A stretch of DNA of 64,000 bases from an uncultured Opitutales bacterium (lineage in GTDB: Bacteria > Verrucomicrobiota > Verrucomicrobiia > Opitutales > CAYWEO01): NCBI GenBank assembly GCA_964457855.1, contig CAYWEO010000005.1, positions 487 to 64,486 of the forward strand. Direction: 5' to 3'. This document shows, piece after piece, positions 52,581 to 60,686 of this stretch (position 1 is its first letter; each line of letters opens with the position of its first letter). Below the pieces are notes generated by a model that saw nothing but the letters and a program-made list of their open reading frames with translations, ran no database searches and was not told where the DNA came from. A program made the translations under genes and the position numbers.

Positions 52581-55491
52581 ACGGTTGCAAGATGTTTTTC
52601 AGTAGGCTTTGAATACCCTGCACTGCCTTTGATGCGCTGTCTTGTGCTGGCTTAGAGTGAAAAAGAAGATTTTTAATTTCCGTGTAGTCGGGATTTTCCA
52701 GGGTTCCTTTAATGGCGGGGTTAGGTCCAGCAAAGTAACCGTTGGATGATGCGCTAGTTGAGAAGGTGAGCCCAAGGCTCTTAAAAGCTTCTAAACTACC
52801 TCCCTTGCTCGAAATGCCGCACTTTAACATCAGAGGTTGTTTTAGAATGGGCGTATTGGGAACGTTTTTAATCAGACCGCTGACGGATAGGGAAATCTCG
52901 GGGGTTTGCAAAATGGCGGATTCAACCAAAATATCCAAGCTTTTCGGCCGAGATATCCGTATGGTTAATGGAGCATAGGTGAGATTTTCAACGTAATGTG
53001 ACAAGTAATCAATGGGTTTTATCGTATCTGTGAACTGGCCAAGCAAGCTCGTTGCGAACGGCAATATTTGCGCAAAAGAGGACTGGATCGCGAACGGATG
53101 GATTTGTCCCTGCAGGCTTTCCAAAAGACACGAGCCTTGAGCGTTATTCATGAGATTTTCGAGAGTCGCTTGACTCTTTAAGTTACCCACAACGTCAAAA
53201 TCACCTGAAAGCATTTTCTCGTACTTCGGAGCGAATGCAGAGAGAAGCTTTTGGGCATTGAGATGTTTGAGCGAACAGTAGCTTTGAAGTTTGTACGTGG
53301 CTTGCGGGTCTTCGTTGAACGTGAGATGGGTGTTAAAATCGAGCTCCCCGCCCAACAAATACTTGCTTTCTGTCTGCATATCAAGCACTTTTGGATGCAA
53401 TTGCACCGCGCAATGGAGTCCTTCGGCGAGCGTTTGCCTTTGGTAAGTCAGACGTTTGATGTCGGTGTCCAGCGACCCGATGAAAGGGCTCCAGAAGGGA
53501 TGGTTAGTCGTGATAGTTTTGACAGTTTCTTTTTGGCTGCTGGGGGTTTGGGGGGGGGGCGGAGAACTGACGGTAGGAGGGTTTGGTTGGATGCTTGAAA
53601 GAGCATCTTTTATCGCCTGAATTTTATTGGCTAGCGTGATGAAGTCATCGACGATCAGGGCATTACTGGAAATATTGATGATGCCTTCGGGGCGTGCGGC
53701 AGAGACGTTGAGTTTAGCTGTTCCAAGGAGGTCGCTGGTGCCGTTTTCGCTTTGGAGTATGAGGGGAGATTTAAGTTGGAGGGAGACGGATTGGTTGAAG
53801 AATTTTCCAGAAATTGTCGGGCTTGCTTTTAATGACAACAGCGTTTTCGGGCTTCCATCGGAAACGTTAACAGTGCCATTGACGGAAAATAGTTTATTGG
53901 CGTCCATGGAGCCCCAAAACGTGAGTGAGCCGCTCATCAAAGGCGCCTTCCGCAAGGGCGGCTGATTATACCATGGGATAATGAATAGAGTCGCGTCAAA
54001 TTGTGTTGCGCCGAGGGTGTTGGTTTGACAATCGATCTCCGTTTTCAACGACGCGCGAAGGAGTTCGGCAGATTTTCCGTCCATAAAACACACATCATCG
54101 AGCACGAAACTGGCCATTTTAGGATTCCAAGTAAGGTATGTAAGTCCAGAGATATTCAAATTTTCCAGCAACAACGTATTGCCTTTAAGGACATCCAGAT
54201 TTTCTACGTGAATATGGCCGTTGAGCGCAAGATCTTTCCGTTTGTGAGATTTGACGAAGCAGGTCGTTGAGAGCCATCCGTTGCGGATACTAACGGGGGC
54301 TGTTAAGGATCCAAATATGTTGAGCGGGAAGCGATTAATGGCGATTTTTAAAATATTTTGCTGGCTGTTTGTGGTGTCTAAGGAGTTCGCATTTTTTCTT
54401 GAATTAAGCAGAATAGGCTCCAAGGTTTCTATTGTGGCAACAATCTGATCGGAAATGCGTAACGTGTTGGTTAACTGCGAGATCATGAGTGTTTGATCAC
54501 TGGAATTAAAGATGGTTTGGTACGTGGTGGTGTTCGAGAAAAGAGGTAGCTGGCTTTTTGCATCAAATTGAAAATCCGTTTGCGTTTGGCCCTTGATGTT
54601 TAATTCATGTGCCTTCCAGTCAAACTTGGCGGTTGTATTAACGTCAATAGATTGCAGCGCAACTAATTGCGGCTTCAAGCGATTGAGTTCCGTGAGCTTT
54701 GAGGAGAACGTAAGATTCGAGTGTCCAGTGTTTTTCGACCAATTTCCATGTAAAGTTCCGTTGCCGTGAAGGGCCACGTTTGGTAGCGAAAAAGTCGCCA
54801 AAAGGGCGTTGATGGATGGTTCATCGACGTCAAATTTGACCGTGTAGGCGCCCTCTTGTAGCGTGTGTGTGCCATCCAGACTTACCAAAAGATGGTCGGG
54901 TGACGACAACCGCAAGCTGTCTTGATTGTTTTTCTTCCCGGGAATGGAAACTACTTCCAAGAGCAAAGGGTATTGCGCTGTTGGGGTATCGATTTTGATG
55001 TCAGATTTCAATTGTAGGCGAGAAAAATGCCCATAAAGGTCCTCGTTTAGCGACACTTGCGATTGCATAAAGCATTGCCGTACAAGGATTTTTTGAGGTT
55101 TCAAGGTAGCATTTAGCGTAATTGTTGCCTGCGAGCCGGGAAATAAATCTCCTCCGTGTAGGTCCAATGCGATTGTGGAGTTGTCGGGCAATGTAATATG
55201 TGCGTTACCCTCAATGGACTTTACGTGCAAACTCTTCTTGGTCAACGTTTTCCATGCGTCCCACTGGATGTCTAGGCTGGCTATTGTTAGGTCAACATTC
55301 GCATTCTTGACATGCAAATCCCTCGTGGACAACAAAAACGGCCCTACGGAAACTCTTGCGACCGTTGCTTCCGCAAAATAATGCCGCAAGACTTGCGAAA
55401 CCGCCCACTCCTGAAGGAAATTCCACGCCAAAGTTAACGATGCGAACACAACGCAAGCAAATAAAAAGAATCGTAAAAGCCACTTTTTCAT
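52579..55491 (-). CDS. large envelope protein (970 aa), AsmA/TamB-like (tentative)
   Basis: An N-terminal TM anchor MKKWLLRFFLFACVVFASLTLAW followed by a long beta-rich region. Contains the poly-Pro run SSPPPPQTPSS. Confidence 0.45.
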   Translation of the reverse strand: MKKWLLRFFLFACVVFASLTLAWNFLQEWAVSQVLRHYFAEATVARVSVGPFLLSTRDLHVKNANVDLTIASLDIQWDAWKTLTKKSLHVKSIEGNAHITLPDNSTIALDLHGGDLFPGSQATITLNATLKPQKILVRQCFMQSQVSLNEDLYGHFSRLQLKSDIKIDTPTAQYPLLLEVVSIPGKKNNQDSLRLSSPDHLLVSLDGTHTLQEGAYTVKFDVDEPSINALLATFSLPNVALHGNGTLHGNWSKNTGHSNLTFSSKLTELNRLKPQLVALQSIDVNTTAKFDWKAHELNIKGQTQTDFQFDAKSQLPLFSNTTTYQTIFNSSDQTLMISQLTNTLRISDQIVATIETLEPILLNSRKNANSLDTTNSQQNILKIAINRFPLNIFGSLTAPVSIRNGWLSTTCFVKSHKRKDLALNGHIHVENLDVLKGNTLLLENLNISGLTYLTWNPKMASFVLDDVCFMDGKSAELLRASLKTEIDCQTNTLGATQFDATLFIIPWYNQPPLRKAPLMSGSLTFWGSMDANKLFSVNGTVNVSDGSPKTLLSLKASPTISGKFFNQSVSLQLKSPLILQSENGTSDLLGTAKLNVSAARPEGIINISSNALIVDDFITLANKIQAIKDALSSIQPNPPTVSSPPPPQTPSSQKETVKTITTNHPFWSPFIGSLDTDIKRLTYQRQTLAEGLHCAVQLHPKVLDMQTESKYLLGGELDFNTHLTFNEDPQATYKLQSYCSLKHLNAQKLLSAFAPKYEKMLSGDFDVVGNLKSQATLENLMNNAQGSCLLESLQGQIHPFAIQSSFAQILPFATSLLGQFTDTIKPIDYLSHYVENLTYAPLTIRISRPKSLDILVESAILQTPEISLSVSGLIKNVPNTPILKQPLMLKCGISSKGGSLEAFKSLGLTFSTSASSNGYFAGPNPAIKGTLENPDYTEIKNLLFHSKPAQDSASKAVQGIQSLLKNILQP
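53550..53559. repeat. G10 homopolymer inside the 970-aa CDS
   Basis: tttGGGGGGGGGGc, read directly. It encodes PPP on the minus strand. Confidence 0.9.
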
Positions 55492-55595
55492 ACGACGTAA
55501 ACATAAAACATCCCCAGGCCTTTTTCAACAAAATTCTGGAGGGAGGCGAGAAGTGAGTAAGGGTTGGCGAATATAGGGTGCGAGGCCATTCCATT

Positions 55596-55703
55596 GCAGG
55601 CTTTGTCTCCAATGCCTAACGGCATTGGTGAACCGACGGTGGGTTCCGCATCCCTAACGATGGATTTTTCGTTCAAAAACTTGGTTGCAGGGGCGGGATT
55701 TGA
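55596..55703. repeat. 108-bp direct repeat copy 1 (includes a duplicated 3' end of tRNA-fMet)
   Basis: GCAGGCTTTGTCTCCAATGCCTAACGGCATTGG...AAACTTGGTTGCAGGGGCGGGATTTGA is repeated 154 bp to the right. Confidence 0.9.
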
Positions 55704-55749
55704 TTCGGACTCGCAAGCGAGTCTCTCACCCCTACGGGGCAAAGCCTTA

Positions 55750-55857
55750 GCAGGCTTTGTCTCCAATGCCTAACGGCATTGGTGAACCGACGGTGGGTTC
55801 CGCATCCCTAACGATGGATTTTTCGTTCAAAAACTTGGTTGCAGGGGCGGGATTTGA
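55750..55857. repeat. 108-bp direct repeat copy 2 (overlaps the real tRNA-fMet 3' end)
   Basis: Reads the same as 55596..55703 by eye. Confidence 0.9.
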
Positions 55858-55912
55858 ACCCACGGCCTTCAGGTTATGAGCCTGACGAGCTACCAGACTG
55901 CTCCACCCTGCG
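55836..55912 (-). tRNA. initiator tRNA-fMet(CAU), CCA encoded
   Basis: The reverse complement CGCAGGGTGGAGCAGTCTGGTAGCTCGTCAGGCTCATAACCTGAAGGCCGTGGGTTCAAATCCCGCCCCTGCAACCA has the C1xA72 mismatch and is very close to E. coli tRNA-fMet. Confidence 0.9.
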
Positions 55913-56012
55913 ACAAAACTTAATAGGGAAGAATTCTCCGGTTTATGGGTAAGGTGTCAATATATAATTTGTTTTTATTGCAAAAATTTATTTTTTCGCG
56001 AATAAAAAAAAG

Positions 56013-56579
56013 ATGCCTACACATAAAGAGCCTCGCAAGTGGAAATGTGAAAAGGAAGAACTTGTTTTCAGTTGCCACGTCTATTCGATTTATAAACGGT
56101 TTTACCGCCATCCCGACGGCCGCCAGGGGGATTTTTTTACCGCCAAATGTCACGATTGGGTTCAAGTCATTCCGTTGACTGCTAATAATGAGCTCGTTAT
56201 GGTCCGGCAATATCGCTTCGGCATCGGTGACTTGTCTTGGGAATTTCCAGGCGGCGTACTCAATCCCGGAGAAGACGCTTTAGTCGGCGGCATGCGAGAG
56301 CTTGAGGAGGAAACGGGTTTTTGCGGAGAAAATCCCAAGATTCTCGGCAAATTGCACCCTAATCCTGCCCTGCAGAGCAATACCGTTCATTTTATGCTGC
56401 TTGAAAACTGCCGGCAGGTGAAGCCAATCAATTGGGATGAATTTGAAGAGCTCCAAGTCAAAACGTTTCCCATAAAGGACGTCATGAAGATGGTCGAAAA
56501 TGGCGAAATTAGCCATGGCATCACAGTTAATGCCCTCTTCTACCTTCTGATGATGCGCCGTGGCGATTTCGAGCGCTAG
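56013..56579 (+). CDS. NUDIX hydrolase (ADP-ribose pyrophosphatase-like)
   Basis: Nudix box GGVLNPGEDALVGGMRELEEETGF. The last residues ..GDFER* and the stop are encoded by PE-A. Confidence 0.85.
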   Translation: MPTHKEPRKWKCEKEELVFSCHVYSIYKRFYRHPDGRQGDFFTAKCHDWVQVIPLTANNELVMVRQYRFGIGDLSWEFPGGVLNPGEDALVGGMRELEEETGFCGENPKILGKLHPNPALQSNTVHFMLLENCRQVKPINWDEFEELQVKTFPIKDVMKMVENGEISHGITVNALFYLLMMRRGDFER

Positions 56580-56689
56580 GGTTCCGTTACAAGAAAATTT
56601 CAACCCCTTACGTACGTTAGTACGCTCGGGGTTGAAATTTCCTCGTAGCCGTCCCTATCATCTCGAACTTGCCACGGCGCATCATCAGA
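56546..56689 (+). repeat. PE-A element whose 19-nt inverted flank is NUDIX coding sequence
   Basis: TCTGATGATGCGCCGTGGC-GATTTCGAGCGCTAGGGTTCCGTTAC...ACGTACGTTAGTACGCTC...CCCTATCATCTCGAAC-TTGCCACGGCGCATCATCAGA. Confidence 0.9.
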
Positions 56690-56703
56690 GAAGACATAGT
56701 GTT

Positions 56704-56990
56704 TAGTCATCTCAAAATCGACGCTGTATCGTGGTTTTTTTGGTAAAATTTTTCATAAGCCGTCCCTATTATCTTAAACTTGCCGCGGCGCATCATCAGA
56801 GCAGATGTGGTTGTACGTGCGCCTGTTCGTCATCTTAAACACGATGCCTAGCGATTTAGAGGTTTTTAAGAAATTCAACCCATCACGCATTGGGGTAATT
56901 GTTTGCAATTTTTTAATTGTAAACAATTCAGTACGCTCGGGGTTAAAATTCTTCCGTCACTCTCGGTCATCTCGCTCGCGATTTACGGGG
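56704..56990. repeat. cluster of degenerate PE-A arms and half copies
   Basis: TAGTCATCTCAAAATCGACGC; GCCGTCCCTATTATCTTAAACTTGCCGCGGCGCATCATCAGAG (the flank again); GCGCCTGTTCGTCATCTTAAAC; ..CAGTACGCTCGGGGTTAAAATTC..GGTCATCTCGCTCGCG. Confidence 0.7.
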
Positions 56991-57037
56991 GAAATTCTTT
57001 CCTTTATTTAAAGGTTTCGTCTATCGATTTCTAAATT

Positions 57038-57991
57038 TTACTTACTGTAGTCATCTAAGGGCGCTGGGCTTAAAAGTATTGGGTTTGGGTTCACCCACTT
57101 CCTAAAACCATCGCTCTGCTTTCCACCTCCAGTTATTTGTGGTGTACATCCATTCCATCTATTCTTACCATTCTCAGTGTATTTCTTGCAGCGCTTAATA
57201 AGATGTATCATCTTACCGTTGTTTGGATCCCTGGTGATAAAATCCCTGAATATCTTAGAAGCATTTTCCCATCCCGTCGCAACATGACCTGAATTTATGC
57301 AGCCTTCCCAAACCTTTTGCAACTCTTTCTCCGCAACTTCAGTCTGGTAAAGGCCTAAAGAAGTCAGTTTTTGACACCCTGCTAACTGAATGATTGTTTT
57401 AAGATCTTGACAACAAACAGCCGAAAACTCCTTTAAATTGGCAAACTCCTCCACTCCACTGATGTTATCAATATTTGTGAAGCTCACATCAAGTCCTTCT
57501 AGATTTGGAAGCGAAGGGGGATGTAAAAAGTCAAGATTTTTGATGTTTTGGCAAAATTCGAACGAAATCTTTAAGATATTTCCCCCAAATAGCTCTATGA
57601 GCCAAAAGTCTTTGTTGAAAATGGCTTTTAATTGACTCTCAGTGACTTCCCTAGGAAATTTCAGTGCATATCCTTGCTTGAGGAAATAGAGTAGTTTCGG
57701 GATGGCACCGTCTAAATCTTGCTTTTCAAGCGAAGAAAAATAAGCGAGCAATTGATCCAACCAGATTTTTTTGCAAATCCCTATGCAACCCTCAAAAGTT
57801 TCAGGGATCTCTGCCTCAAAAATATTGGGAAATGGATTCTCTGTTCCCATTTTGTTATCGAACGGTGGTTTTCCTGAGCCTCCCCCGCCTGGCAGATCAT
57901 TCTTCATCCCATACGTTGAGCCAAGCCCAGCGGATAACGTTAACGCCGCTACCAGCGCGCATTTCGTTAAATTGGATCCTATTTTAATCAT
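57038..57991 (-). CDS. secreted LRR protein (internalin-like 22-residue repeats)
   Basis: MIKIGSNLTKCALVAALTLSAGLGSTYG|MKND, then ..LPNLEGLDVSFTNIDNISGVEEFANLKEFSAVCCQDLKTIIQLAGCQKLTSLGLYQTEV. Confidence 0.75.
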   Translation of the reverse strand: MIKIGSNLTKCALVAALTLSAGLGSTYGMKNDLPGGGGSGKPPFDNKMGTENPFPNIFEAEIPETFEGCIGICKKIWLDQLLAYFSSLEKQDLDGAIPKLLYFLKQGYALKFPREVTESQLKAIFNKDFWLIELFGGNILKISFEFCQNIKNLDFLHPPSLPNLEGLDVSFTNIDNISGVEEFANLKEFSAVCCQDLKTIIQLAGCQKLTSLGLYQTEVAEKELQKVWEGCINSGHVATGWENASKIFRDFITRDPNNGKMIHLIKRCKKYTENGKNRWNGCTPQITGGGKQSDGFRKWVNPNPILLSPAPLDDYSK

Positions 57992-58288
57992 AATGCTACC
58001 TTTGTTAGACGTTTTTGATGGATTGAACGCTTCATAAGAGAAAATCCCATGAAATGCTTATTGAATGGAGTAGGTTTGTTTATTGTATCAAATTATCAAG
58101 TAAAAAAAGGCGTCTATGTAAAAATAAACACCAAACGCAGGCAAAATTTCGGTGAATAGGAATGAGTTAAGAGAGGCTGGCGCAGCTAAAGTGGCGTTAT
58201 CCCATAACTTTGGACGCTCGTAAAGGCTGACCCGAAGGGGTAAGAGGCGCGCGAAAAAACCGTTCGAGAAGGCGTGCGAGGAACCCAC

Positions 58289-58434
58289 AAACCGCTTCAG
58301 AAAACATCGATTTCGAGATGATAGGGACGGCTACAAAAAAATTTTAACCCTGAGCGTACTAACGTACGTGATGGGTTAAAATTTTCTTGTAACGGAACCC
58401 TAGCGCTCGAAAGCGGCGCTTTCTGAAGCGGTTT
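58289..58434 (-). repeat. PE-A element abutting the tmRNA 3' end
   Basis: Flanks AAACCGCTTCAGAAA / TTTCTGAAGCGGTTT. Carries GATTTCGAGATGATAGGGACGGCTAC...GAGCGTACTAACGTACGTGA...GTAACGGAACCCTAGCGCTCGAAA. Confidence 0.9.
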
Positions 58435-58436
58435 AA

Positions 58437-58834
58437 GTGGAGGTGGTGGGACTCGAACCCACGTCTTCCCCGTCATTATGGCTAAAGCCTCTACAGGTTT
58501 AGTTAATTATTGAGTTTCCCGCCCGCGCGAGCGAAAAAACACGTTGCGCGGCAGTAGCTTTCCCTGAATGACGACTTAAGTGCGGAATGCGCTCACTCAA
58601 GTCATGCCTGCTAGCTAACGCTCTTGACGCTCAGCAGATATCGGCGCCAGAACGGACTCCCGAGGGAGCCTATTTGCTTCCAACTAGGCAGCCAGTTTAA
58701 GGGCCACTTCTTGTTCGAAGCTAACGATATTATTTTCGTCGTTTATAGTTTGAATGGATTGTTAACGGAGCCAACCATTCTTCTCCGACCTGCCACCTTA
58801 GATGACAACGGGGAATCAAATCCAAGACACCCCC
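58437..58834 (-). ncRNA. ssrA: tmRNA (SsrA)
   Basis: 5' end GGGGGTGTCTTGGATTTGA. 3' end GACGTGGGTTCGAGTCCCACCACCTCCAC, with a G3:U70 pair in the acceptor stem. An internal tag ORF ..AACGACGAAAATAATATCGTTAGCTTCGAACAAGAAGTGGCCCTTAAACTGGCTGCCTAG reads NDENNIVSFEQEVALKLAA*. Confidence 0.85.
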
Positions 58835-59042
58835 ATTAAAGAACATTTTCATCACAAAATGCTACCGAAATTGATTGATTCGGCAAGCACAATCGTTAGT
58901 TTATGAAAAAAAGTGACCATTAGCGCTTAAATAGGCTTGCAAACTCTTAAAATTGGCATCACAAATGGAAGCACCAACAAAGGTCGAAAAAACTTGTCTT
59001 TAAAGCCGAAGTAATGTATTTTTTTATATCATCCAAACTATT

Positions 59043-59942
59043 ATGAATACCAAAGACTTTTACGGCGTTTATACGGCGCTCGTCACACCCTTCAAAAATC
59101 ACACACAAGCGATTGATTTCAAAGCTGTTGGCAAGCTCATCGACTACCAAATTGCGAATGGCATCAACGGAATTGTGATTATTGGCACAACCGGCGAGTC
59201 TCCAACCCTGACGTCGGGGGAACAGGCAGACCTCATCCGCTTTACGGTGGACAAGGTACAGGGAAAAGTTCCCGTGATAGTGGGGACGGGGTCCAACGAC
59301 ACAAGACACGCCGTTGAGTTGACGAAACAGGCGGACGTGTTGGGCGCTGATGCCTTGCTGGTCGTGGCTCCCTACTACAATAAGCCAACGCAGGAGGGCC
59401 TCTTTTTGCACTTCAGCAAGATTGCTGAGGCGACGTCAAAGCCCATTATTTTGTACTCAATTCCCTCACGATGCGGCATTGAAATCAGTGTCAAAACGGT
59501 GCAGAGGTTGCGGGCAAAATTCCCGCACGTCGTTGGCATTAAGGAGGCCGGCGGATCCTGTAATCGCGTTTCTGACCTTGTTAAAGAGCTCGATAAGGAC
59601 TTCGTCGTTATCAGCGGGGACGATGCTCTCACACTCCCCTTTATGGCGATTGGCGCGAAGGGCGTCATTAGCGTCGCTTCCAACTTTATTGTCAGTCCCC
59701 TCGTGAAAATGGTGCAGTTGGCTCTTAACGATGAGATGGAAAAGGCGGCCGAGATTAATAAGCAGTATTACCCGTTCTTCAAGGCAATTTTCGTCGAAAC
59801 GAGTCCGTCGCCCATTAAGCAAGTTCTTTTCCTAAAGGGGATTCTCGAGTCACCGGAAGTCAGACTTCCGCTCTGTCAGATGGAAGATGCCAACATTCTT
59901 GCGCTCAAGAACTGCATCGATTCCATGCCGACTTCAATTTAA
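59043..59942 (+). CDS. dapA: 4-hydroxy-tetrahydrodipicolinate synthase
   Basis: GVYTALVTPF..GIVIIGTTGESPTL..YYNKPTQEGL..YSIPSRCG.., with the active-site Lys in GIKEAGG. Confidence 0.9.
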   Translation: MNTKDFYGVYTALVTPFKNHTQAIDFKAVGKLIDYQIANGINGIVIIGTTGESPTLTSGEQADLIRFTVDKVQGKVPVIVGTGSNDTRHAVELTKQADVLGADALLVVAPYYNKPTQEGLFLHFSKIAEATSKPIILYSIPSRCGIEISVKTVQRLRAKFPHVVGIKEAGGSCNRVSDLVKELDKDFVVISGDDALTLPFMAIGAKGVISVASNFIVSPLVKMVQLALNDEMEKAAEINKQYYPFFKAIFVETSPSPIKQVLFLKGILESPEVRLPLCQMEDANILALKNCIDSMPTSI

Positions 59943-59945
59943 ACT

Positions 59946-60686
59946 ATGGTAGCAAAAATCTTATTACACGGATGCGGTAAAATGGGCCAGGCCCTGAAGG
60001 CGGTTATCAAAAGCGATCCGCGGAGTGCTGAGGTCATTGCAGAAGTCGGTCGTGGCGATTCCCTTGAAAAGCATCTTAGTAATTGTTCGGTCGTTATTGA
60101 CTTTAGTGACGCTATTGCAGTAGTTCCCTTGGCAAAGGAACTTGCTGAGCGTAAAATCCCTCTCGTTACTGGTACAAGTGGTTTAACCCCGACCGATCAA
60201 AAACACTTGGTCGCCCTTTCAAAAAAAATCCCTATCGTTCAAGCAATGAACTTTTCCATCGGGATTAATCTCTTTTTCTACCTCGTCCAAAAAGCTGCTT
60301 GCACACTAGGGCCTCAATTCCATCCAGAAATCGTTGAAATCCATCACGCTGAAAAAATCGATGCCCCCAGCGGTACGGCTTTGAAACTTGCCCATCTCAT
60401 TACGCGCTCTTATACCGAAAAGCAAACCATTCTCTACGGAAGGAAGGGAATCTGCGGAAAACGTTCTGACAACGAACTCGCGATCCATGCCGTCCGAGGA
60501 GGTAATGTTATTGGCGAACACACCGTGATGTTCCTCGGCAATGACGAACGGATTGAACTCTGCCATAAATCGGGTTCTCGTTCCATTTTCGCGAAAGGAG
60601 CCTTTGAGGCCGCTCTATGGCTCTACAAGCACAATCCCCTCCCGAATCTTTACTCGATGCAGGACGTCCTAAACCTCCCCCTATGA
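59946..60686 (+). CDS. dapB: 4-hydroxy-tetrahydrodipicolinate reductase
   Basis: ILLHGCGKMGQAL (Rossmann fold), ..EIVEIHHAEKIDAPSGTALKLA.. Lies directly after dapA. Confidence 0.85.
   Translation: MVAKILLHGCGKMGQALKAVIKSDPRSAEVIAEVGRGDSLEKHLSNCSVVIDFSDAIAVVPLAKELAERKIPLVTGTSGLTPTDQKHLVALSKKIPIVQAMNFSIGINLFFYLVQKAACTLGPQFHPEIVEIHHAEKIDAPSGTALKLAHLITRSYTEKQTILYGRKGICGKRSDNELAIHAVRGGNVIGEHTVMFLGNDERIELCHKSGSRSIFAKGAFEAALWLYKHNPLPNLYSMQDVLNLPL

Noticed and set aside
55560-55835. Integrated prophage or island at the tRNA-fMet duplication, and the ORFs 55292..55766 there
   Set aside because: Only 46 bp separate the repeat copies. There is no integrase or cargo, and the ORFs merely span the repeat and the antisense of the tRNA flank.
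58040-58288. Possible structured ncRNA or riboswitch in the GC-richer spacer (..GGCTGGCGCAGCTAAAGTGGCG..GGCTGACCCGAAGGGGTAAGAGGCGCGCG..), and ORF 58088..58288
   Set aside because: I could not match it to any RNA family I know (SRP, 6S, RNase P, common riboswitches). It has only short local hairpins and was left unannotated. An Infernal/Rfam scan would settle it.
58840-59042. Lysine riboswitch upstream of dapA
   Set aside because: No L-box-like conserved helices or motifs are recognisable in the 200-nt AT-rich spacer.
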